64,000 bases of DNA from Epiperipatus broadwayi. Taxonomy: Eukaryota; Animalia; Onychophora. The translations under genes were made by a program, and so were the position numbers. The notes beneath the pieces are model-generated. The model saw only the letters and a program-made list of their open reading frames with translations, was not told the DNA's origin and searched no databases. Position 1 is the first letter of the stretch. Every line of letters starts with the position of its first letter. Positions 23,991-36,118 of the stretch are shown one piece after another. The DNA is taken from positions 18,166,001 to 18,230,000 of the forward strand of contig JAQFVV010000004.1 in assembly GCA_028023455.1 (NCBI GenBank). Direction: 5' to 3'.

Positions 23991-26518
23991 TTGTATATAT
24001 GTATTGGAAAAATATTTATCATTTACACAAACATTCATTCTGCCTTATCAGGCACTGAAAAGAAAGACCATGGTGTTTCTTGATCTTAAACTCAGAGGTA
24101 AAAAGCCAATAAACTCACCATGCTGGCTAATGCATGTTGGTGAGCAGCCCATTTATGTTCGGATACTATATGAATAATCACATAGTAATAACAGCTGCAA
24201 CGACAAGAATGTATGGAGTGGACATTAGGAATTTGCCCTGCTCAGTTCCTTTAAGGTCTCCAAGAGGAATCAAAGGATCTCCTTTCAGTTAATAGCAAAC
24301 TCCTTTCTGCAGCCATGAAAATTTACCTGCCTATATTAGGAATGATATCTTCAAATTTTATTATTAATTCATCAAAGCTATTACTCGTGCTGGAATGACA
24401 CATAATAAAAAAAAAAATTAAACACTAATAAATTTATAGTATTAATTAAACTTCGTTAATAAAATACTTGAATTTAATTGATAATGCGTAAATTTCTTTA
24501 ATTACATTTACAATTTTAAATCCATTTACCTTTTTTAGTTGATTTTCACCTAAACTTGTTATTTGTATTGCAATCATATTCATTTGATTTCAGTGAAAGG
24601 AATCCATGGAGATTATTTAATGATAAAAATTTTAATTAAACCAAAATACATAATAGATTAAGATTTTAATTCTAAGCAAAATATCTAGATATCAGCAGCT
24701 ATTAATGATACAAGAGAGAAATTAAATTAGAGTACTTCAACTCTAGTGAGAAGAAAGTTCAATTCTGTGTTTGCCTAATAGTTTTTTGTTGATAGAATAA
24801 TGGAAAAAGAAATTTATACATAATTTTTCTACTTGTTTCATTGTATTTTATTTTAAAATGTAACTTCACAAATTTAGTAAGATATTTGTTTCTTAGTAAG
24901 CATTTGATGTTTACATTTAGCTTTAATTTGAATTTATTTGATTGTTAGCAAAAATTATTCAGTTAAAAATTTACTGATGTCAAAAATGAAATGCCTACTA
25001 AAATAGTCCTTTGTTTTTACTATTTACTTTGGTTAATAACTATTTTTTTATTTCAAAGTTGATATTTTCTTTTTTCAGATAATTTTTGTTTCTTGAATTT
25101 TTATTAAACATATATAAATATTTAATAAAGAATAAATTATTTATTAAAAATATGAGTGAAGAAGAAACAAAAAAAGGAGCAAATAAGATTCACAAGATTG
25201 AAAATATTTTTTGAATTAAAAAATATGCCTGAATGGGTAAAATGATGGGGGGGAGGGATATGCGTAAATAAAGCTCAGAAATATTTTGTAAATAGACAAT
25301 TAAAAAATAAAAATTCAGTTTAAATATTTAAAACAATCTCCTGTAATTGTTACAATTTAAATGTTTTTCTTGTTGCATTTTTTATATGTCAAGTACATTT
25401 GTGAGATTGATACATATGTATACAGATTATATCAATAATTTTTTTAAAAAATATTTTATTAATTATTATCTTTAAAATATTTTTATCATTTAATTAATAT
25501 ATATAAACAGTGTTTGTAGATAAAGCACTTCATGAGTGTGTTGTTTCCAAAAGAATTATTTTCAAAAAAATGAAATAAACAATTTTGATTTTTTTTTATG
25601 CTTGAACAAAAGATGAGATAAAAAAATTAATATTAAAAATTTCTTAACTTTATATTACCAATCAGATTTATTTTGTTAATGTATCTATGTTAAATAATTA
25701 TATCTAAAGGATTGTTATTTATTAAATCATATAATTTATTTTAAGGGTCTAAGTGTTTATGTTTCTTCTAAATTATTTTCAATGAGACAAATGCATGTGA
25801 AAGGAATAAACTATATTAAGTGATTGTTTGCATATAGCTTAATCAAAGAGCAGTAAATATTTTTATGCCATCAATTGATGCATGATGTATAATTAAGAAG
25901 GTCATAGATATATAATGCAAAATAAGCACATACTATACAAATATTTGTTATTTAATCATGATTATTTGTCTAGATAAGTACACTCTCTCCTATCTGATTT
26001 TATTCAGATTATTGCAATCAATATTCTTTTTGGTATTTTGGATGATCATCCATCATCATCACAAATGGCACCATCATCTCCAGATAAAGACAGATATATG
26101 TCTTTTATCCCCTCATCAGCAGATATATTCAGATACATATAAATTAACACACCAAGCTGTGGCTATTTATATATTTATTCATCATCTGATCATGATTAAT
26201 AGCTGACTCAGATGTCTTAATCTCCCAACATAACTATTCATTACATGTTTTTAGCTAAATACATGGCAATAATCTTATGAAATAGCCTAATATAAACTTA
26301 CTATTTGCATTTTTATAACCCACTTTCCTCTGAGTTTATGATTGCTTTTGCTTTAAAGATCATGAAAATGTTTTTTTCCCCTCTCTCTTTTGCTGAATGT
26401 GTCTCTAATATTTTTTTCTCCAGATGGTTGTAATTTATTCAGTTCACATTCTTTATTTACATTATTAGAACTTTTAAAAATCTCCATAGATTCTTGCAGC
26501 AACTTGTAATTACATTGA

Positions 26519-26569
26519 CATAATCACCATATGTATGGCAATGGTAATATGTATAGAGAGTTTTGCCTG
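26519..26569 (+). mobile_element. 51-bp insertion resembling the family A 3' end
   Basis: Ends in gtatagagagttttgcctg (compare gtatggagagttttgctttg). Flanked by a 15-bp direct repeat TTGTAATTACATTGA (26504-26518 and 26570-26584). Confidence 0.55.
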
Positions 26570-26949
26570 TTGTAATTACATTGATCAATGTTTAGCAGAA
26601 TATATATTTCATTAAAATTTATATTATGTTTTGTTAATTTAAGATATGAATAAATAATTGATGCATTCAATCACTTTTTAATTGTAATAGTAGGATATCC
26701 TTATATGATAATGATTCAATGGTACTTTATCTTTGAAGTATGAAAATATACCAACCAATTTTTTTTGAATATGTAATGCAAATCGTTTAGATATTATAAT
26801 ACATATAGCAGACACTAGCAAGTGAATTTGGCTATTTCAGTACCAAGAAAAAAAAACTGCTCTAGACATGAGTTTTGTGATGACTATAAAAACCCAATCT
26901 ATATCTTATTTTCTGTTTATTTGATATTTTGTTACATATGTCTAATTGT

Positions 26950-27474
26950 TATTAAACAAGGCAAAACTCTCCATACAGTAGTGCCACCCTGTACCAATCA
27001 GAGTAATCAATGGATACCAGAAGGCTTGTGCTTAAAATCCCTATCTAATGCCTACTCATCCAATATCCCCAGACTAGTTTCTGGCTTGTGGCCTTCGTCA
27101 GTGAGGAGCTTTGGATCTAAGAGCACTGCACCTAGATCTTAGGATCTAATGCAACCCTCCAGAAGCCACCTTTTAACTCTACTTAACTACAAAACTATGA
27201 GAATGAAATTGAAAACAATATTTTCAATCTAAGCCCAATAGCTTATATAGTCATGTGGGTCTGAACTCAGTTCAGCACCCATACATTTTGGTGTCTTAGG
27301 CTTTTTAACAACTATAGCCACCACTATCCTATTAGGCAGGATTGGTGTTAAACCACTAAACATCACATGATCACTATCTCTTATACTGGCACTACTGTAT
27401 CGAGAGTTTTGCTTGTTTAATAACAATTATGTGCTAGTATAAGAGATAGTGATCATGTGATGTTTAGTGGTTTA
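26950..27474 (-). mobile_element. Family A element, copy 2 (longest, with 5' fold-back)
   Basis: TSD ATGTCTAATTGT (26938-26949 and 27475-27486). Internal inverted repeat ~27348-27393 versus ~27430-27475. Confidence 0.8.
27058..27116 (-). ncRNA. Type I hammerhead ribozyme (family A), stem II base-pair mismatch
   Basis: Minus strand TCCTCA CTGACGA AGGC-CACAA-GCCA GAA ACTAGT C TGGGGA, with A.A instead of U-A at 10.1/11.1. Confidence 0.7.
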
Positions 27475-27981
27475 ATGTCTAATTGTAGTTCTTTAATGTA
27501 TTCTATTCTCTGCTACATCTTTCCAGTGAAAACAATCAACAATTTACTTCTTTAAAATGTCTTTTGAGATAAACCTTATAATGTAGAGACAGTTTGAGCT
27601 CTATTACAAAAACCCATAAAATATTCTTTTAGGAAATCTTGGATCTTTCTTCTTTTACATGTCCAATTCAAAGGCAGGCATGATTTTACAATGGTGAACT
27701 CTAATAGTATCCCATCCAGTAAATTGAACAACATATTAGTTTTGTAATTTTGCCATAGTATTTTTAAAATTTTGCTGGAAAGTCTTTAAATAAAATTTAT
27801 CTAATGCTTTTGTATTGTATCATAATAGAGGATCCAAGTCTCACTTTCATATGCAGATTGTTAAAAATATTATATATTTTAACAGAGACTCTTACTCTTG
27901 AGAGTTTTTTCCCTTGAGTAAAGTAGCTTTATTTAAAAAATCTTATTTAAAAAAATAAATACTTTTACCAAGAAGTATATA

Positions 27982-28372
27982 AGCATTTATTTTATAACGT
28001 CTTGCGTGCGATTATAATTACGATAGAATGACAGCCTGTTAAGCTAATTGCGCAGACGCTGTGAGAATGTTATTAATAAATGAATACCTTCGAACAACCA
28101 CATGATATAGTATTTGTGTAAGAGTAAAAAGGAATCCTCGGTGTCATTCATACAGACATTATATATTGTAATTTAAAGTGACTATTATGTAGTCACGCCT
28201 TCGTTACAACTTCTTTAGATTTGCTCATATATAAACATTTGAGTCGTAAGGGTAAGAGGATTCCTTTTTACTCTTACACAAATACTATATCATGTGGTTG
28301 TTCGAAGGTATTCATTTATTAATAACATTCTCACAGCGTCTGCGCAATTAGCTTAACAGGCTGTCATTCTAT
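27982..28372. mobile_element. Young fold-back insertion with perfect 118-bp inverted arms and TSD
   Basis: 28022-28139 is the exact reverse complement of 28256-28373. Direct repeat CAAGAAGTATATA at 27969-27981 and 28373-28385. Confidence 0.85.
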
Positions 28373-28429
28373 CAAGAAGTATATAGTTATGGCCAAAGTC
28401 AGAGCATCTTGCATTGGTTGGATAGTCTG

Positions 28430-29310
28430 TGTGATAATGAATAATTTTCCTTTCCTCAGTTAATACAGTTATAAAGTTTCTTTGTCACTTTCATTTAGAA
28501 TTATTGACTGCAATCCAAACAATGTGAGACAAACAGTTGACATTCTCAATATATTCCAATCATACATATGATTTTCCAATCATTAAATCTGCTAATGTTA
28601 TTTCAAGTTTTTCATGAAATAAAGGTTGCAATAGGAGAAATATGTGAACCCATAACTTAAACATTAAATATAAAAAATGTATTTGATAAATGGTTTTCAT
28701 TTGGAAACAAAACATTCGATTTTAATTACCAAAAAGCCAAGTATGACCTAGAATTATTGATGACTTTCCATCTTTCAATCTCAATAATAGGATCACCATG
28801 ATATCAAGTTTATACAATAGAACAAACAATCTCATGAGGTTAAAATAGTTTCATATCAAAGCATTATCCAAAATAATAATTCATACAGTTTATAGAATCA
28901 AATATTGGTTTAATAAATTTATTTTTCATGATTTTCTCATACATTTTATTTAAGTATTATTAATCCTGTATGGATCATACTTTTAAAATGAGAGAGAAAT
29001 TGATATTCTCCATTGACAGTTGTCAGAGAGTAATGGAGTTTTGATCTTGAGAAATGGTTTGCTATGTCTTTGAATATTACCACCAACAATTTTACATGTC
29101 TTGCTCATGTGCTTGCTTACTCTTCTGTTTACATGAGTAGTTATCGGTTAATACCAAATAGTGTAGTAGTATAATATCCCCATCTCCAGATTAGTTTCCA
29201 TCTTTTTACTTCATCAATTGATTGTTTTTCTTTAGATACTATTCAAAAGTTATTTTATTTCCAAATAGTTTAAAATACATGAAATTCTTGATTCAGATAA
29301 TAGTCCCTAA
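28430..29310 (-). mobile_element. Decayed Penelope-like RT remnant
   Basis: Broken minus-strand frames give MGSHISPIA (~MGSPLSP), LEYIENVNCL (~RYVDDIF) and EKIMKNKFIKPIF (~PKIHK..PLRPI). Confidence 0.5.
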
Positions 29311-30270
29311 AAATTAAAAATTCTATTATTTTATCTTCTTATTTATCTAGGTATAAAATTAAGAAACAATCTATTCAGCTACGTAAGAACTCGGTACACA
29401 AAACACCGAGTTAAATTTGCTATCAGATTTGTTTCAAATTTTAAGATATTTTTTCTTATTAAATGCATTGTAATTACTACCTGAAAATGTGTTCCATTAT
29501 TTAATTTTTAATGTATAGTCAAACTTACCAATATATAATATTACATGTGCATTAGATTAACGGCCAATGTATATAAAAGAAAGTAGTATTGACCTTGTCT
29601 CAGTAGTATTAATATTTTGATTTAAATATTAAATCACTTTTGACATCGAACGTTTTTGACATCGAACGATAGAATCATATGATAATGAAGTGTTGACGAA
29701 TCCCCTCAAGATAAGATCAGAATATCCTATATAAACTTTAAAAGAATCCGCTGGTTGTTTTCTTAAATTTTTTTCTACCAGTTCGGAGTAATTTATTAAT
29801 ACGAAAGCTGTTACTCGTTGAAATATGATCGAAAGAAAATAAATGGGTAATTGCTGGTTGCTTTCGGCATTTAACTTTTAAAATGATTAGAATAATTAGA
29901 TTGTTTTACTGTTTTAACTTGATTAAATCTTGACTTTTTATTAATTATCAACAATATTTTAAAAAAAATCGTAAAAAAAAAAATCGCAAAATTAATAATT
30001 AACCACTTTGTTGTTGTTGTTTAAGCTAAGAACAGCAATAGTTGTATATTATATAACTTAGTATTGCCTTTGTCTAAATTATGAAGAAATTTGTTGTAAG
30101 GTTCTATTATAACCGGCTTAATAAATTATCTAAAGAAAATACTGTATATAGAGGGAAGAAAAAAAACAATCGTTAAAGTATTAGAAGTAAGCAAATGAAG
30201 TTATTGTATGTGAACAGTATGAGTAATTTTTGTTTTATGATCAGTACATCAACAAGTATAAACACTCACC

Positions 30271-30477
30271 ACATGATCACTATCTTATCCTAAGATCTAG
30301 GTGCAGTGCTCTCAGATCCAAAGCTCCTCACTGACGATGGCCACAAGCCAGAAACTAGTCTGGGGATATTGGATGAGTAGGCATTAGATAGGGATATTAT
30401 GCACAAACCTTCTGGCACTCATTGATTACTCTGGTTGGGACAGGGTGGCAATACTGTATGGAGAGTTTTGCTTTGTT
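30271..30477 (+). mobile_element. Family A element, copy 3 (internally deleted)
   Basis: TSD TATAAACACTCACC (30257-30270 and 30478-30491). Reverse-complement homology to copies 1 and 2. Confidence 0.8.
30316..30374 (+). ncRNA. Type I hammerhead ribozyme (family A), intact core, sense to IRF
   Basis: ATCCAA AGC TCCTCA CTGACGA TGGC-CACAA-GCCA GAA ACTAGT C / TGGGGA TA TTGGAT. Predicted cleavage after 30360. Confidence 0.85.
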
Positions 30478-31619
30478 TATAAACACTCACCTGGTTATTC
30501 CAGATGGGATTTTTATTTCCTAGTTAAAAATAAATAAATACCCATTTATTGATCATTAATTGAATATCTAACTAGGTTGATTATAGACTGAGTATTCTAA
30601 ACCTATTAAAAATCCCAGCTTTTTATAAATATTTTAAATTTTACTCAGATTGTAAATCCAGTTTGTCTACAAATTAATCGTGTTATCATGATTTTCTTCC
30701 ACTGAACCCCCTTCTATTAGTTATTGATGATGATGTTAAAATCATTTTACAGAATTGGTGATAAATAAGTTCGATGTTGTCAAAGTTATCAGGTTAAAAT
30801 TGATTTGTGAAAGAGTAAAAAGAGTAGAATTTTTATGAGTACTCAGGCTGCCTGGCATAATAGACTTGCAATAACTATATCTTGTCAGTCTATGATCATA
30901 AAACTGAGCATGTTTTAAGGGGAAACTTAGTTATGGTTATTCAATAAGTTCAACCAAGTAAAAGTAAAATGGATTTTAATATACCCTCTCACAGCAAATG
31001 TATTATTATTTCTTTACTGAAGAAATAGTTTAAAAAATGGGGCATTAATCACCAAATCAGACAAATTTTAAGTGATCTGTAGTTTTATTTTGTAGCTATA
31101 AATAGATGGACATCCATTTACCAATTATAATATATTTACTGGGTTAGCAGTGGGTTGACTATTCAAAAAAAAGTTCCTAAGCTTTACTTGAAATCTAAAT
31201 ATTTCAAGTTTTATTTGATTAGTGATCAATGGATGTGCTGAATCATTATACAATGATGCTTTTTATTAAATTCTGTAATTATTGCTAGTTTAAACTAAAA
31301 AGGTATGCTGATTTAGATTTTTTTTAAAAAAAAAATCACTTTACTAGTGTGTTAAAACAATACTTAAAATTATTACTATGTTTTGTTTCCATCTGAATTA
31401 ATTCATGGCAAAGAATTTACCTTGACTATCTATTTCATCTTTTTTATTATTAAGCTTAATATTATTCTTTTAAAGCTGACTGTTCCTATAATAATTGACC
31501 TGCCATTTTGGCCATAAGAGTTGGACAAAATATATGCAATAAAAAGTTACCATTGTTTGTAGTTTTCTTTGTTGTTATATAAAGGACTGTCCTGAACAAC
31601 TTAAGCTAGAAAAGTAAGT

Positions 31620-31975
31620 TTTAAACCAATATAAAATCCTCTACTTCTTCATAACAATGAGAACATGTTGGGACATAAATCAGAATTATCTGCATTTTGT
31701 ATCATATATTAACTTGAATTATTAATTTTGCTACTCTGTCTGATAAACCATCAATTTTCATAATATTGTTTTTCCAATTTTGACTTATAGTGAATTACAC
31801 TTCATTTGTGCTTCCAATATTTGTGTCTCTGTAGTAAATCTGTCTACCTTTCAAGTCAATTGTCTTTTCATTCTTTTAATTTTACAAAGTTCCATTTAAT
31901 ATTAGACAATTCTTTCAACTCATGTAATCTTTCTTCATTTGAAAGTGGTCTGCTTGTAATTATTATAGAAAGTCA
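31620..31975 (-). mobile_element. Degenerate RTE fragment (APE region)
   Basis: Matches 23480-23830 (acaatgagaacatgttggg; gaattatctgcatttt; gtccatttaatattagacaattct). Confidence 0.7.
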
Positions 31976-34084
31976 TTATTATAGGGTAACTTGAATCCTC
32001 ATATCATACTGTAATAGTAGCACATCTATTTGTTATGTTTATTGTTTAGCTTTAAGCCAGATAAAACTTTACATTTTTTTTTTTTTATGTTTCATCATAT
32101 TTAGAATTTTTGTTTTTACAGGTAATCAGTCTGTATCAATTTAACTAACCATCCAGTAGTGATAGAAAAATAATCTCTCATTAATTTAAAAATTGCAAAT
32201 TAGTTTAAATTGAATGATGTTTTAAAAATAGCATCGATAAAATACTATTGGATAAATCTTTGTGATAAACAGCTATTTAAAGTCTGTTTGATCTTTATAT
32301 ATGTACACACACACATTAGTGCTAACAACTGATTTTCATATGTAAATCACAAACCACAGCTCTCATGCTTATAAACCAATAGGATATATGCAAACTGCAA
32401 GATATGACTATGGAACCGCTTAAATAGATTGCAAATTAAGCATAACTAAACAGATTGAAATTAAATTTGTCTAGAAGTTTTTTATAAACTTCAGTGCAAT
32501 ATGCCATTAACTATCTAATTGTACTGTAACAAACAACAGATTTTTAATGTTCTATTGGTTTATTTAAACATGAGGACTGTGGTGTATGATTCATATACAT
32601 TATATTTAATGCTTTCACATTTATATAATGTAAACAAAGTATTTTGGGGGTTAATCTGTGAGCATTATTTGTATTACTGTTCAACGTTTCAACATTCCAC
32701 CATTGTCAAGGGCAAGTTTTTAAAGAAAAACCGTTCGATCTCGAGTAGTACGAGATTGATTGAGCGTGAGGTAAAAATTGAGATTGAAAGAGTAGTTGGG
32801 TATTCAGAACACTGAATTAACAAAATATTTATTTTCTTCGGTTATACACAATGATCATCTCTCTTAATTAATTTTAAATCACAAAGATATCATTGAATTC
32901 TAGAGATTATGTTAAGAAGCATAGTTAAAATACTCAAAACTAAATAATAAAAATAAATTACCGTAAATTGAACTTAAAAAGTAAGAGTAAATATATTTAA
33001 CCCACTGGTGTGATAGATAATATTTATACTTGCTTGCACAAATAAAGAGAAATGAGTAAATCAGACTCATTTAAATAAAGTTGATTGGATTAATGGGATG
33101 ACTAATCTAGGATATTCGTAATGATGCATAATAATGAATTTAATTTAAAGATGAAGATAATAAAATGTATTTAAAGATAAATTTTTGTAAAGTTAAGCAT
33201 ATGCAAAATATAAATAAATATGTGCATAATTATAAGAGGAAAAGGTCATATGCAACCCTCATTTTAATTTATAAATTAAATATATATGATTTCAACATGT
33301 AAAATGTAAGAGGATGCAGTCAGATTAGGAAAATATAGTATGGATATTCTCTAATTATAATGCTATATTAGGGATGAAATGAAGTTTCACAGAAATTTTT
33401 TTTTTTAATAACTATTTTTTTTTTTTACAAAATAAGTAAAGTGGAGCTTAAGAAAAGCAATTAATTGGTCTTAATAGATATAGAGCAACTCAAGAATGAT
33501 CTTAAAGATTTTAGATTAATTTAATTAAACCTTGCATCTAAAAACAATTGTAAATTAGTGATATAGAAAAATAACTTAGCAAATCAAATATGTGGACTTT
33601 TGAAGTATAAGAAACATGTTTGATTATGTGTTAGAGAAATTATGTAATTTAGTTGGAAAAAAATTAGAAAAAAATACGAGTTAAAGAATAGGCAACTGAG
33701 TGTAATTAAGAAAGACCATTATGCAGCATAAAAATAGATCTAATCTAAATTAGTATATAATCAAATCAAATAAAAATAGGTTGAAAAGTACACCAATTCA
33801 ATACTAAAACAGTAATTTTGTAGTAATTAGCTAGTAAGAAAAACAACAGCTATAAATTACTTTTCAGTACTATTTGTACTATAGTCATGATAAAAAGTTC
33901 TTCAAGTTTGATGTTTCATAATAATATGCTGAGCACCTAACCAAAGGAGACCATTCATCATTTATCTCATGTAGTCCCTTAAAAGTGAACGATATCATGT
34001 CTTGTAGTGAGAAGATGATGCTTTTGCAACAGCTAAGTCCATGTCTGGACCATGTTCCCATTTTGAATGATATAATTCTAACTT

Positions 34085-34550
34085 ATTCTTCAGATGTTGT
34101 TGGCCTGGATAGTGAAAGTCTAGCTTAGAGAAATTGAACTGGTGTCTTTTGGATTACTATACTAAATTTAAGATGGCACTATAACATCCCTGACTACTTT
34201 GCCAAAAAGCAACAGTTGGGAGAAATTTTTATAAACTTATTTATAAGAGGTATTGATAGATAAATATATAAAAAAATTTATTGATTTTGCCACTAGTTGA
34301 TTAAAGTGTCACTTTAAATTCAGTATAATCTGAAATTTGCTGAGTCAATTCCAATGCTAGATTGTCTTTAGCCAGGCCAGCAACATCTAAAAAAGAGAGA
34401 GTAGAACTACTCAAAAAAAAAGTATTTTGTACTAACTAGCAGTATTTTGTACTAACTAGCATATTAGTATTAACAACTAAATGTATTTAGACAATTAAAA
34501 ACACAACAATTTAATTAGACAATGGAAATAGTCCAAAATGTAACTACACA
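34085..34550. mobile_element. Family C SINE, decayed head-to-head pair
   Basis: Plus copy ccaggccagcaacatctaaaaaagag...gacaatggaaatagtccaaaat; short inverted copy tcttcagatgttgttggcctgg at ~34088-34109. Confidence 0.55.
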
Positions 34551-35940
34551 AAAATGTAATCAATAAATAACTTTCAAAGAAATGTATATATGAGGAGGGG
34601 AGGGTGAATATTAATAAAACAATAGAGTTCAATATAATCAAGCAATAATATTTGATCCTTGATCATTAATAGTTCGATATGCTTATTTTAATAATAACAT
34701 TTATTCAGTTAATATTTAGAACTACATTATAATTTCTAACAAACTTTTTATATCATTAAGATATGTATAATACATAAACACACACACACACACACCCACA
34801 CCCACAATAGCAAACATTCCTTTTAAATAAATAGCCCATTGCAGAAAAAAGTCCTCTTTAACAAAACTCATAAAGAAACAACAAAAGAGAAGATTTGCCA
34901 ATTCCTAGATGATGAGGGTTTGAGTAATTTTTGATTTTTGTTTTACCCTTTATAGAGCTAATGATAAGTAGAAATCCATTTATGGACTAATATTGGATGG
35001 TTAGCTGGACTGACTATGGATGAACTACCGATAAAAAAAAAACTAAACCTTTTGAAAAGAATTTCATTCAATCCTATTTAAATCCTAGGTCTAAAGCATG
35101 ACGGGCATATGTTATATCTTTTCACCATGAGGCTCTTCATATATATATATGTGTGTGTAAAATAAATAAAATATCCGTTAATTAAAAACAATATTGTAAT
35201 TATAATTGAAATAATATTTTTAACGGTTTACAAACAATTACAAACAATCCTTACGTCCGCAGAAGTACTTTCGGTTACTTTCTAACCTGCCTCAACTGCC
35301 ATTAAATTCAAAATCATTAATGTATTTTTTCACATAATTAATAAGTACATACACAAATCTTATTTTAGTCAGGTAAGAGATTTTAATTGTGGCCATTTTA
35401 TATAAATCTCACCAATTAAATTTACAAGCAACATACTCACTATATAAATGATTAAGTGAACCTTATAGTATTTGAATTAAAGCTTGACCTGTTTAATAGA
35501 GAATAGTTCAGTGCATTGAATTTTGCATATTATAAATTTCAGCTCTTTAATATAATGTATATAATTGATTATATATATATTCAAATTATGTTATTAAATA
35601 TGCATAGTTGTTATGTCATGGTATATAATAGTTGTCATTACCTTCTAACAATTTATTCTGGCATCCCAATATTTTCATGGTAAATACTTTTTTATTTTTT
35701 GATTAAATATTTTTGGGGGATAATAATTGCTTCCAATCCACTCATAAATCTAAATTTTATTCTGTAATTGTTCAGATATGAATTAAAATTATGAATTTTA
35801 AAAATACTAAATATTATTTTAGCACCAATAGTAATAATAAAATACATTTCAGTTTCTATAGGAGTGTTGTATTACCTTTTATTATATATATATACATATC
35901 TCTTTGTAATTAATATATAGTACTTGTTTTATTATTGCAG

Positions 35941-36118
35941 GAATATGCTAAAGTGACTGGAAAATATGTAGAAGGAGTAGATAAACCGCATTACGCGATG
36001 TGGAAAACTCGTCTAAGATGCGCGCTCAATAAGCATCCGTACATACGACTTAATAGAGAAATGTCAAGATTAGACTGTGAAGAACCTTACAAAATTTACA
36101 GGATATTACCAAGAAAAG
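35941..36118 (+). CDS. IRF: IRF-family transcription factor, second coding exon (C-half of the DNA-binding domain, recognition helix)
   Basis: Acceptor ttattgcag ends at 35940. Exon reads EYAKVTGKYVEGVDKPHYAMWKTRLRCALNKHPYIRLNREMSRLDCEEPYKIYRILPRK, then a phase-1 donor AG/GTGAAA at 36119. It joins in frame to exon 12563-12730. Confidence 0.95.

Noticed and set aside
23860-24160. HDV-like ribozyme at the RTE 5' end
   Set aside because: Known in some RTEs, but I could not build the nested double pseudoknot on the minus strand. Only a simple hairpin (~24114-24144) is visible.
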